DNA from: a virus
DNA length: 64,000 nt
Virus record (IMG/VR): IMGVR_UViG_3300032297_000199
Coordinates: 1 to 64,000 of that record
Direction: 5' to 3' (one strand)
Positions 36,017 through 45,101 of this stretch are shown one piece after another. The notes under the pieces are model-generated. The model was not told the origin of the DNA and did no database searches. It worked only from the letters and a program-made list of their open reading frames with translations. How positions within the stretch are numbered: the first letter of the stretch is position 1; every line of letters begins with the position of its first letter. Position numbers and translations under genes: made by a program.

Positions 36017-37996
36017 TTATTTTTTCAATCGTCCGTCTTTCTCTGCACTCTGTAACATGTCAATACGATCACGGTATCCTGCAATTCCGGGTTTAATATC
36101 TTTGGCAGCTTTCTTTTCACCTGCTGTTGGATTTTTAACATGCTTCATTGTAGTTTTGGATTGATGACTTTCTTCACTCATTCCTAGTTCTTTCTTTTTA
36201 CGAGCTAGGCCTGCAGAGCTAGTTGGGCTCTTTGTTTTCTCGTCATCGAGATCTTTAGTAGACATTTTCCAGTCGCCGCCTTTTTCCTTACGCTTGAATG
36301 CAGGAATTTGACTCTTGTCTGGACCGCTTTCTTTTAGCCCGGCAAGTTTTAAAATACTTTCAAATGCTTGTTGAGTTTGACTTTGTTGTGTCAAATGTGA
36401 TACTAATCGCTCTGCTAATGCACCAGCTTTGTCTCCAAATTGTTTCTTGATATGTGTAACTACACCTGTCTCACCTTTTGGAAACTTGCCAGTAGTTGAA
36501 TCATAAAAACTCTTAACAACTTCAGCAATCTCTTTAGAACTAACGCCTGGCTCTCGACGAGGCTCTTCGTTTTCCATATCCATTTGTTGAGCTGGTTCAC
36601 CTGCAGGGGCTGCTGGAGCAGGAGCCGCTGGTGCAGCCGCTGCTGGAGGAGCTTCTGGAGCTGGCGCAGAACCTGCTCCGATTTCTTGCGCTGCCTGCGG
36701 GTCATTCTTTTCTAACCAAGCAAGGATAGTTTCAGTTGGTTCAGCATCTGGATTTACTTTTGATAATTCTCGTAAAGCATTTGCTAAATCTTTATCAGTA
36801 ATACCTATATCAGCTAGTGCTGAAATAGCACTAGTACCATCGATGCCTAATGTCAAACCGTCGTCTAATAACTGTTTTAAATCTGCAGGTTCAAATGTAC
36901 CTTCGGCAATATGGTCAGCCCATGATTCAAACGCATCAAAAGCTTCAGCAGTGTGATCATCGCATGTGCAAGGATCTTCTTTGCACTCGGGGCAAATATC
37001 GCTACCTTCTGCAACTAAATCTTCTAGGTCTACTTCTCCACCTTCTTGCATGATAGAATATAATAGAGGAAAAATACCAGTCAAATCTTCTTCAAATTGT
37101 TTGATTGTAAATCTATCTTTATAATCTGCAATTGTAACTTCGTCTAATGCAATATCACCTACAGGTTTAAAATTTTCAACCCATTGCTGATAATAACCTT
37201 GCTTGCTTAGGTTTGTACATTCAACTCTTAATTGTTCTAATTTTTGTAAACTTTTTTCAACAATATCTTTTGTGCTTTCATTTACAAATCCTGCTCTAGC
37301 AATATGTCGTCTAAAGCTAGCTAATTGTAAAATGTTCTCGCTCATGTTAACAATAGCACTACCGATATCATCGTACGGACGACCACCGTTTGCTACATGT
37401 CGTTGCATTGCCTTTGCACCAGCTAAATGGCTAACTGGATACTTGAATCTTTCTCCGTCACTGTTTTCGATAAACATAGCGTCAATGTGGCGGCTTCTTG
37501 CACCTGGCGATTCGTTAACCGCCTTCGAATGACGGATAATTAATTTTGTATTTTCTAAAGTACGATAACTTGTTTTGCTGCTACCGAAGTATTGTGATTC
37601 GTTCATATTATTTTCCTTGGTTCCATTAGTGGCGAGGTATTGGAAATCGTTCTTGTTTAAATTTCCCTTCATAATGTCTCTTGTATCAAATCGCATCATT
37701 CTGCGTTTGGCAAAGAAACGCATTTCCTTTAGGAAATCGTACCACATGCCTTTAGTGATAGAGTCACTATCTTCGGTAATTCCTTGACCGTAGTAAACTT
37801 TGAGTGTACCTACATCGTTGATGCTGATACTTACTCTGCCCAGATTGTTACCTTCTATGGCAAAGTCAAAGTCAAAAAATCTTGCGTCTTTAGGACTGTT
37901 CGTGACATTCCCGTCCTGATCACCCATTTCTAAATTAGTAAAACGGCTGCGAACTTTGTCAAATACATCCTGAGCTATAATTTCAATGATATTCAT
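36017..37996 (-). CDS. large late protein, probably head-associated/processed
   Basis: TAAATA 5 nt before the ATG; many (L/V/M)xE-(S/G) sites; next to terminase. Confidence 0.7.
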   Translation of the reverse strand: MNIIEIIAQDVFDKVRSRFTNLEMGDQDGNVTNSPKDARFFDFDFAIEGNNLGRVSISINDVGTLKVYYGQGITEDSDSITKGMWYDFLKEMRFFAKRRMMRFDTRDIMKGNLNKNDFQYLATNGTKENNMNESQYFGSSKTSYRTLENTKLIIRHSKAVNESPGARSRHIDAMFIENSDGERFKYPVSHLAGAKAMQRHVANGGRPYDDIGSAIVNMSENILQLASFRRHIARAGFVNESTKDIVEKSLQKLEQLRVECTNLSKQGYYQQWVENFKPVGDIALDEVTIADYKDRFTIKQFEEDLTGIFPLLYSIMQEGGEVDLEDLVAEGSDICPECKEDPCTCDDHTAEAFDAFESWADHIAEGTFEPADLKQLLDDGLTLGIDGTSAISALADIGITDKDLANALRELSKVNPDAEPTETILAWLEKNDPQAAQEIGAGSAPAPEAPPAAAAPAAPAPAAPAGEPAQQMDMENEEPRREPGVSSKEIAEVVKSFYDSTTGKFPKGETGVVTHIKKQFGDKAGALAERLVSHLTQQSQTQQAFESILKLAGLKESGPDKSQIPAFKRKEKGGDWKMSTKDLDDEKTKSPTSSAGLARKKKELGMSEESHQSKTTMKHVKNPTAGEKKAAKDIKPGIAGYRDRIDMLQSAEKDGRLKK

Positions 37997-38004
37997 ATGC
38001 GTAT

Positions 38005-39600
38005 TTATATGAAGTTGTTTATAAAGATTGGCATGGGCATGTCAGCTTCGTCAATTTGGCCACGATCTTCTACCATTTGTTCGTAGATACTTTCGTCCCA
38101 ATCTCCTAACATTCCGAACATTCTAACGGCTAAAAGTAGGCTAGCAACCAAATCGTCGTGCTCTAAGCTCTTTGCCTTAAATGTAATGCCGTGTGCAATA
38201 TAAGTTTTAAGCTCAGAAATTAGACTAGCACTATGAATTTTTAGGCGTTTTTGTTCAATAAGCTGTTTAACTTTGGCACAGGCTGCAATCTTACTAATGT
38301 TAGTAGTATTGAATCCCCTGCGGAATCGTCGTACATGCCCTTTCTTAATAGGCTCGCTTAGAAACAATCCAGGAATTGTCTCCTCACCCATTTCATTAAT
38401 AGCAACTAGAGCTGCTTCTCCTACTGTATTGTTTTCTACACTATAATAAATTTGAGACATTACATCTTCGCTGTCTAATTGAGATTGTAGATACTTACAG
38501 ATTTCTCTTAATATTCTAACCTGGCTTTGAATAGGTGTTGTATTATGATGCCACTCACCTACTTGTTCAAATGTAGGTAACTCAAGAATTTGCATGGCTG
38601 CAAAATCTCCACCTGTACCTAGGCTAGGATCTAGCGCAACAATATAGATATTCTTAGGGTCAATTTTCTTATACCAACGAACTTGCCCCATTTTCATAAT
38701 AGGATTAGATGCTTCGAGACCTGCCAGCGTAACAGAGTTAATTAGCGTTTCATCAAAGATTAAGAATTCGCAATCGTGTTCTCGTTTAAATCGTTCTTCG
38801 CCAATACGGCTTCTTTCTTCGTTGGCCCATTCTTCGTCACGGTCTGGATGTTCGTTCCAGTATGCTCTAAAAGGAAAGAAACCGTTACGACCTAGTGGTG
38901 TTTCGTTACCGTGTTCATCTGTTCGTTTATTAGCTTCTAACCAAATTTGTGCAAATTGATCTTCGTCGCTGTTCGGTGTTGATGTAATAATGGCCTTACC
39001 ACCAGTTGCTAGTGTAGGCGAAATAGAAGTCCAGAATTCACTGGCAATGTTTGGTTCAACGAACGCAAATTCGTCTGCGTATAATAGTGATAGTGACAAT
39101 CCTCGACCAGTAGTCTCAGTTGTAGTCTGTGCAATAATACGACTGCCGTTATCAAATTCAATACTTTGTTTATTGTAACTTGTGACGCCGCCTCGAATAC
39201 TGTTAGGACATAATTCGTATGCGTAACGGATACGACTCATAATTTCTTGAGCACCTGTATATTTGTGCGCGGCAACTAGAATAGTCGAGTCCGGAATAAA
39301 CATTGCATACCATAACAAATATCCAGCAGCAGTTGTTGTTTTACCTGTTTGTCGAGGTAGTAAGTTTACATTAAATCTATGTTGATGATAACTGTCAATT
39401 AATCTTCGTTGATAATCAAATGGACTGTATAATAACTTGCCCTTAACTGGGTGTTGAATATAGAAAAAATGTTCAAGGAAGTAATGCGGTCCGTTGATAG
39501 GATCTGAACACTTCATAATGTGATCAATATCTTCTTCGGTCCACTTTTGTTGTTGGTGGGCTCTTTTAATTAAATTTCCGTCGAGTGATTTGCTTACCAT
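38005..39600 (-). CDS. terminase large subunit (gp17-like)
   Basis: PRQTGKTT, YADEFAF, ITSTPN, nuclease ALDPS and HDDLV. Confidence 0.95.
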   Translation of the reverse strand: MVSKSLDGNLIKRAHQQQKWTEEDIDHIMKCSDPINGPHYFLEHFFYIQHPVKGKLLYSPFDYQRRLIDSYHQHRFNVNLLPRQTGKTTTAAGYLLWYAMFIPDSTILVAAHKYTGAQEIMSRIRYAYELCPNSIRGGVTSYNKQSIEFDNGSRIIAQTTTETTGRGLSLSLLYADEFAFVEPNIASEFWTSISPTLATGGKAIITSTPNSDEDQFAQIWLEANKRTDEHGNETPLGRNGFFPFRAYWNEHPDRDEEWANEERSRIGEERFKREHDCEFLIFDETLINSVTLAGLEASNPIMKMGQVRWYKKIDPKNIYIVALDPSLGTGGDFAAMQILELPTFEQVGEWHHNTTPIQSQVRILREICKYLQSQLDSEDVMSQIYYSVENNTVGEAALVAINEMGEETIPGLFLSEPIKKGHVRRFRRGFNTTNISKIAACAKVKQLIEQKRLKIHSASLISELKTYIAHGITFKAKSLEHDDLVASLLLAVRMFGMLGDWDESIYEQMVEDRGQIDEADMPMPIFINNFI

Positions 39601-39614
39601 ATTTTTATTTACTG

Positions 39615-39642
39615 AAAAAAATAGGCTCCGGAGAGCCTATTT
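39615..39642 (-). terminator. intrinsic terminator
   Basis: AAATAGGCTC-TCCG-GAGCCTATTT plus T tract on the minus strand; directly followed by the terminase TAAATA (39611-39606). Confidence 0.8.
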
Positions 39643-39657
39643 GGATTGACTTAGAGA

Positions 39658-40839
39658 TTAGTCATACTTATTATATTTGTCTCGAACCTTGTCTAAACTT
39701 TTGCCTTCTTTGCCTGCCTTGGCAAGTGCTTGCATACCATCTTTGCCGTATTTCATTACGCCTTTAGCGGCACGACTCATTGTTTTTTCGCCTGCTTCTT
39801 TAACAGAATATTCTTTTCCACCAACTTTAACTTTTTCGCCTTTTTGGACGCCGTCGGCTTTGGCATCACGAACTGCTTTACCAAATGCGTTGCCTTCTTT
39901 AGTTTTTGATTCGTTTACAAAAGAATTGTATTCAGAGAATAGCTTGCTAATTGCAGAAGATAGTGAGTCTTCTTCTTCAACTGGAGCTTCTACGCTTTCA
40001 TTTCTTGGAATTGGGTTACTACCACTGCCGTAAGGAGTTTGATCTAAATCTTTAATCTTGTTAAACATTTGTGCAAAATCATTAGGGTTGTAATCTCTAT
40101 TAGATTCTTTAGGGCTGTTAGTATATAAACGAGCACTTTCATCTGTTTTCTTTTCTTCGCCTTCGTCATCCTCTGGCTCATCATCACCACCGGCGTCAAC
40201 TGCACCAGGCGCACTTCCGGCAGCACCAGGTTTAACTGGGTTAGTAGTTTTTACTTTGACTGGCATGTCTGTGCTAATCTTAACAGGCTGACCAGTGCGT
40301 AGTTTGTTCATCATATCGGCAAGTTCATCACCACCTTCTTCACCGGCGTCATCGCCAAATGTAGGACCACTGACAGGCATCTCTCCGCCCATAGCAGGAA
40401 CATCATGTGCCATATCGTGCTCTGGTTCTGCAAACATCGGCTCTTTGCTTCCGCCCATTGATGGCATTGCTGGCATAGGAGCACCCATTGCTTGCATACC
40501 TGAGCTTGCTCCGCCACCGGATGCGATGTCAGCAAGGCCGCGCATCATTGCAACAATCTCACTAGCGTTACCAGCACTCATGTTAAGACTGGCAGGCATC
40601 GATGGCATAGGAGCACCCATACCTGGCATACCACATTCTGCAAGTGTGTTGCTATATTCTCTACTTTCCATTAAACCAGATAATTGCTTTAATTGCTGCA
40701 TATCTGGTTCTGGCATATTAATGTTTAATTGTTTAATACCTTCGCCTAACATAGGTACTTCAGAAATCATAGGTTTTTCAACTCTAGGATTTTTAGAATC
40801 TAATTCATTAAGGCGCTGTAATACATTGATCATGTTCAT
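39658..40839 (-). CDS. putative prohead core/internal protein
   Basis: Low-complexity M/P/G/E-rich sequence with repeated xxE-(S/G/A) sites; head module. Confidence 0.6.
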   Translation of the reverse strand: MNMINVLQRLNELDSKNPRVEKPMISEVPMLGEGIKQLNINMPEPDMQQLKQLSGLMESREYSNTLAECGMPGMGAPMPSMPASLNMSAGNASEIVAMMRGLADIASGGGASSGMQAMGAPMPAMPSMGGSKEPMFAEPEHDMAHDVPAMGGEMPVSGPTFGDDAGEEGGDELADMMNKLRTGQPVKISTDMPVKVKTTNPVKPGAAGSAPGAVDAGGDDEPEDDEGEEKKTDESARLYTNSPKESNRDYNPNDFAQMFNKIKDLDQTPYGSGSNPIPRNESVEAPVEEEDSLSSAISKLFSEYNSFVNESKTKEGNAFGKAVRDAKADGVQKGEKVKVGGKEYSVKEAGEKTMSRAAKGVMKYGKDGMQALAKAGKEGKSLDKVRDKYNKYD

Positions 40840-40841
40840 AA

Positions 40842-41432
40842 TTATTTCCTTGGATCTTTAGCCTGTACTACAGGACTCGTTGTGTTTAGAGGAAGGGTAT
40901 TTGTTGTAATGCCTTGCTCATCCCCTGGGATCTGTTCGCCACGGGCTTTTCGTTGTTCTTTCATAGTGGCATTTAATTCTTTAAGTAAACTTGAATTAAA
41001 TTTGTCACCATAGTAATCTTCAAATTTTGCATTAGGAGATTCTTTGTAATCTGGGTCATCTAATAAAGCACCTGTTCTAGGCTCGCCTTGTGGCTGCTGA
41101 TATTGTTCTGTTGGTTCGCCCGGAGCTCTAACTACTAATTCTTCATTAGTAACACCAAGACCAAAACTTAGATACTCTGTTAGTTCAAACGGAGTTGTTG
41201 GATATTCTAGAGTTACTTCATAGATAGAAACATCTCTATTTTTTAATTTTGGAAAGTCTAGCGGAAAAGATTGAATAGGAGTTTTTCCAGCTTTGTTAAA
41301 TCCAGCTACGCTGAAACGGTCTAGTAGGCCTCGCATACGAGACTCGTCTTCTGTGGTAAGGTCGCGGGCAACCTTCACTTTAAAGGTGTATGTTTTGGCT
41401 GATTCGGTTAGGTATTCTTTGAATGTTCTCAT
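40842..41432 (-). CDS. putative internal head protein
   Basis: N-terminus MRTFKEYLTE-S resembles the T4 capsid-targeting sequence. Confidence 0.6.
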   Translation of the reverse strand: MRTFKEYLTESAKTYTFKVKVARDLTTEDESRMRGLLDRFSVAGFNKAGKTPIQSFPLDFPKLKNRDVSIYEVTLEYPTTPFELTEYLSFGLGVTNEELVVRAPGEPTEQYQQPQGEPRTGALLDDPDYKESPNAKFEDYYGDKFNSSLLKELNATMKEQRKARGEQIPGDEQGITTNTLPLNTTSPVVQAKDPRK

Positions 41433-41448
41433 AGTGGTTCTCTATGCT

Positions 41449-41928
41449 TTATTTATTCATATTTTTAAGTTTTTCTAGTAGACTGTTACGATCTGTTACT
41501 AGATAGCCCTCGGCCTGAATAGTTTCGCCGGTTGCATCGCCAGTTTTTTTATCAATTGCATATTTTTTAATCTGCAATTCAATCATTTTTAACTTTTTGT
41601 CAATTTTATTACTTTTTGCTTGTATAGCTGCGTTCATCATATTAGCCGCCACTTCAAACATTCTAGATCCGTACCTAGCTTCTACATTCATACCTAAATC
41701 CATTAGATCATCATAGGCTTTTTCTGCTTTGCTTGCCAGTGCATCTAGCTCTGCATCGCTAATATCACCCAATCCTTTTACCCTAGGTAATGCCGCGCTA
41801 ATTTTATCGAATTCTTCTAGTTTTTCTTGTAAGTCAATTGAGGTAGATACTTCAACAGTTGATTCTTCAATCACTGGATCTTCAGAAGATGTTGGCAGGT
41901 CAAAAAGTTCTTCAAGTTTCTTAGTCAT
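41449..41928 (-). CDS. coiled-coil late protein, possibly terminase small subunit
   Basis: 159 aa, helical, in the packaging module; function inferred from context only. Confidence 0.45.
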   Translation of the reverse strand: MTKKLEELFDLPTSSEDPVIEESTVEVSTSIDLQEKLEEFDKISAALPRVKGLGDISDAELDALASKAEKAYDDLMDLGMNVEARYGSRMFEVAANMMNAAIQAKSNKIDKKLKMIELQIKKYAIDKKTGDATGETIQAEGYLVTDRNSLLEKLKNMNK

Positions 41929-41936
41929 ATTTTTAC

Positions 41937-42377
41937 TTATCGTTTTTTGGATCCAGTATGGAAAATATCATCCTCGCTTACCACCCTAAATTGAAGTCCA
42001 AATCGTTTACACCAAGATTGTGCGGCTTGCCACTTGGCCATGTTTTTTATATATTGCGCCTGATTGAGTTTATTTTTACCTACAGATTCTAAGACAGCTT
42101 GATTTTTAGGTTTAATTTCTATTAGTTCTGCGTGTTTCTTTTGATGTTTATCAATATACACAATTAAGAAATCTGGGACATATACAGTATTTTGTCCAGT
42201 TAACGGATCTCTATAAGGTATCTTTACACTTTCGCTTGCCCATTGCTCTACAGCAGGATTGTTATCACAAAACATCATAAAGGTCATTTCCCAACTTGAC
42301 CTATATGTAGGTTCACCTGCTCCTACATATTTTTCTGGATTTTTTGGGCTAAATTTTCCCCTAGAGGTGTTTCTCAT
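41937..42377 (-). CDS. head completion nuclease (T4 gp4/TnsA-like)
   Basis: NPEKY.G, YRSSWE, YVPDF, IEIKP (PD-(D/E)xK). Confidence 0.88.
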   Translation of the reverse strand: MRNTSRGKFSPKNPEKYVGAGEPTYRSSWEMTFMMFCDNNPAVEQWASESVKIPYRDPLTGQNTVYVPDFLIVYIDKHQKKHAELIEIKPKNQAVLESVGKNKLNQAQYIKNMAKWQAAQSWCKRFGLQFRVVSEDDIFHTGSKKR

Positions 42378-42742
42378 GCCACTATATTTCTTTTTACAAA
42401 ATTAACTGGCTCTACTATTGAGACTACACCTAGGCTACTAGTTTTGAATCTATTATAGTTTAAAATTTCTGCAACAATACCACTAAGTTCTGTTTGACCA
42501 ATACCTTTAATAGTTTCTAAAATTTGCATTGGATTATATCCGTCTTGTTTTGCTTGTTTTAAAATTGCTATTGAAATTATTTCAGCAGTTTCTTGACTAA
42601 AATTTCTAGACTCTAAAAATCCAGTCATCATAGTTAATACTGCCGGATCGAGTTGTGTTACAAATGACGATTGTTGATTGAAAGTTTTAAGTGTTTTATC
42701 ACTCGATGAAGATGATCTATCTGATGGTATATTAGTATACAT
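42374..42742 (-). CDS. hypothetical protein
   Basis: ORF with ATGA coupling. Confidence 0.75.
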   Translation of the reverse strand: MYTNIPSDRSSSSSDKTLKTFNQQSSFVTQLDPAVLTMMTGFLESRNFSQETAEIISIAILKQAKQDGYNPMQILETIKGIGQTELSGIVAEILNYNRFKTSSLGVVSIVEPVNFVKRNIVA

Positions 42743-42751
42743 ACAAAATCC

Positions 42752-44380
42752 TTATACAAAGTATCCGTTTGTACTTATATCATCTTGAGAGTCGTTACTT
42801 GCCCAAATGGTACTATTGTAATCTTGACCGTCTAATGTAGTATTTGCATAATTGCTAGGTAATGCCTCTTCATTACTGTTTAGTGTAGGAGCGGCAGTTT
42901 CTGAACCTTTGGCATTTTCTATTTCGTTTTGTAAACTATCAATGTTTGATCTTACAACATATAATGTATCATTTAATTTTTCAGGGTCAGTATATCCTAG
43001 AGTTTGTAGGTCAGTATATAGAGATTCTAATCCAGCATCATCACCGATTGCCTGCGCTGCACTTATTTTTGGTGCAAATGATGCATAGATATTTTTATTT
43101 TTAGATATTTGTGCATCTAACTCTAATGCTAACTGTTGTTGATTTTGTTGTATCTCTTCCAAACTTGCAGAATCAGTCGGTAACGGACTAGGTAGGTCTG
43201 AACTAACTGACACATCCCCAGAAGCACTGGCTAAAAACTGAGGTACTTGACTAACTTGAGGATTTGCAACTTTAGCAGATTTTGCACTAATTATTCCATT
43301 AGTAGTTGAATTAGACCCTTTGAATAAATTAAGCCCGATACCAAGACCCCCAACTCCTGCAGCAATACCGCCAAGGCCAGCTGATACTCCACCTTGTATA
43401 CTGCCTGTTCTTCCAATGTTACCTACTACTCCGCCTAATATACTATACGCTTCTGCACCTATACTAGCGCCTGAAACATTCTTACCGTTTCGAATAACAT
43501 TACTAATTCCTCTTGCGCTTCTTAATAATCCTAGTGGGCTAGTATCACCTGCACCTGCAAATATTTCTCCAATACCTGGTATAATGCCGCCAGGTCCAAA
43601 TAAACTATTATTGCCACCGCCAAAAATACTCAACGGGCTAGGACTATTATCGTAATGAAATTTTGCAAATCCGGCAGGACTGTCTGCTTTTACTTTGCCA
43701 GTTCCGTACAACACTGTTTCATAACCCACTGTCATTTTATTCTCTAACAATCTAGTTTCGCCTTGTTCCATCCTATCATGGGCCCAATCTGTAATTATCG
43801 GATTGATTAAAATAAACGAAGTAAACTGTTTTCTATTCAGTTGATATATTTCAATACTGCTAAAAAACGGACCTGTTTGACCATTGTTTAATCCGTATGC
43901 TGTATTATCTGCTCGGCTTGTTGCTTGTTGATATTTGTTGTTTCCAAAATTAGGAGGTATGCCTCCTGTTGCATCGGCTTTGCCGTCTGCAATGTAATAG
44001 TTGTAATACACTTGCCATAAACGAGTTGTTGTATTGTTATGATCATCGTGAAATGATACGCCAACTGGTTGATATTCTATTTTGCTTTGTACAATTGTTT
44101 TTCTATTGTATTGATTTAGAGTTTCCGTTTGCATTTTATACTTAGGAAGATCAACACCTTTAACTAATAGCCCAACTTCCGAGCCGTTCTGTTGAATAAA
44201 ACTTTGTATTAGCGGATTATTATTTCTATTGATGTTGAATACAACATAATATAAAAATCCTACTTTAGGGGCTAATCTATAAAAGTCGTTAACATACAAT
44301 CGACTTGCATGTTCGTAATCTTTAAGGTTATAGGGAGAGTTAAAAACTTGTCCTATAAAGTTAGTAAATTTATTAGCCAT
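42752..44380 (-). CDS. tail-tube-like baseplate/tube initiator protein (gp54/gp48-like)
   Basis: VDLPKY...NQYNRK...Y.PV...FHDD tube-fold pattern; next to the tail tube gene. Confidence 0.6.
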   Translation of the reverse strand: MANKFTNFIGQVFNSPYNLKDYEHASRLYVNDFYRLAPKVGFLYYVVFNINRNNNPLIQSFIQQNGSEVGLLVKGVDLPKYKMQTETLNQYNRKTIVQSKIEYQPVGVSFHDDHNNTTTRLWQVYYNYYIADGKADATGGIPPNFGNNKYQQATSRADNTAYGLNNGQTGPFFSSIEIYQLNRKQFTSFILINPIITDWAHDRMEQGETRLLENKMTVGYETVLYGTGKVKADSPAGFAKFHYDNSPSPLSIFGGGNNSLFGPGGIIPGIGEIFAGAGDTSPLGLLRSARGISNVIRNGKNVSGASIGAEAYSILGGVVGNIGRTGSIQGGVSAGLGGIAAGVGGLGIGLNLFKGSNSTTNGIISAKSAKVANPQVSQVPQFLASASGDVSVSSDLPSPLPTDSASLEEIQQNQQQLALELDAQISKNKNIYASFAPKISAAQAIGDDAGLESLYTDLQTLGYTDPEKLNDTLYVVRSNIDSLQNEIENAKGSETAAPTLNSNEEALPSNYANTTLDGQDYNSTIWASNDSQDDISTNGYFV

Positions 44381-44395
44381 GTTATTATTTAGTCG

Positions 44396-44429
44396 TAAAA
44401 AAAGGTCTGTTTTTACCAGACCTTTTTTA
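44396..44429. terminator. bidirectional intrinsic terminator
   Basis: AAAAAAGGTCTG...CAGACCTTTTTT after the tail tube gene. Confidence 0.8.
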
Positions 44430-44442
44430 GTTAAGTTATCAA

Positions 44443-45069
44443 TTAACCTGTAGCCATAGAACCTAATGTACGGCCAACTGCTGCTCCTAGTCCTAGCGGT
44501 GTGCCAGTAGCATCTGTCTGAATAGCGTTATCATAGGTAATTGTTAAAGCAATTTCCATTGGTGTGCTTTCTGCGTATGCTAATTCGTTATAGTTAACTT
44601 GTTGTAAATAGCAACCTGAGATTTGCCAAGTTTCTAAAACTGTTGGTTCGTAGTTGCCATTACCACCATCTAACATTTCAATGCGTGTCTGGAATTTGTA
44701 ATCCATACCAGATGCTGCACTAGCTTGTTCAAAAAAGTCAAACTGTTTCTGTAACTGCTCGCCAACTCTCTTGGTCACTTCGCCGCCTACATCATCACGC
44801 AAAGTAAGAGTCATGTCTTGCCATGTGTGCTTACCGGCATACTTGATTGAACTGTTGTATACATGGATAGTTTGATTTTCAAACTGAACCTGTGGTCTAG
44901 CAGCACTTACTACCTGCTTAGTTAACTCTGTAGTTGGCTTAGAGATGCCAAAGTTTTCTAGTTGTACTCTGAAACGGTACTTTAGTTTGGGCATCAGCAA
45001 GCCTTGTACGCTTGCTGACTGGCCTGCACCTAATGGTACTGTAAATCTGCTTAAACTTGAGATTGCCAT
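44443..45069 (-). CDS. tail tube protein (gp19-like)
   Basis: KYAGK.TW....T.RDD; directly downstream of the sheath; GGAG RBS. Confidence 0.85.
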   Translation of the reverse strand: MAISSLSRFTVPLGAGQSASVQGLLMPKLKYRFRVQLENFGISKPTTELTKQVVSAARPQVQFENQTIHVYNSSIKYAGKHTWQDMTLTLRDDVGGEVTKRVGEQLQKQFDFFEQASAASGMDYKFQTRIEMLDGGNGNYEPTVLETWQISGCYLQQVNYNELAYAESTPMEIALTITYDNAIQTDATGTPLGLGAAVGRTLGSMATG

Positions 45070-45101
45070 ATTATTTGCTCCTGTCTTTCTATATTTACCA
45101 A

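Noticed and set aside
23934-39600. Inteins or introns in helicase, UvsW, UvsX or terminase
   Set aside because: Lengths are ordinary, motifs are contiguous and no splice-junction motifs were seen
41937-42377. Tn7 TnsA transposase
   Set aside because: No other tns genes or transposon ends; context fits the gp4-like head completion protein
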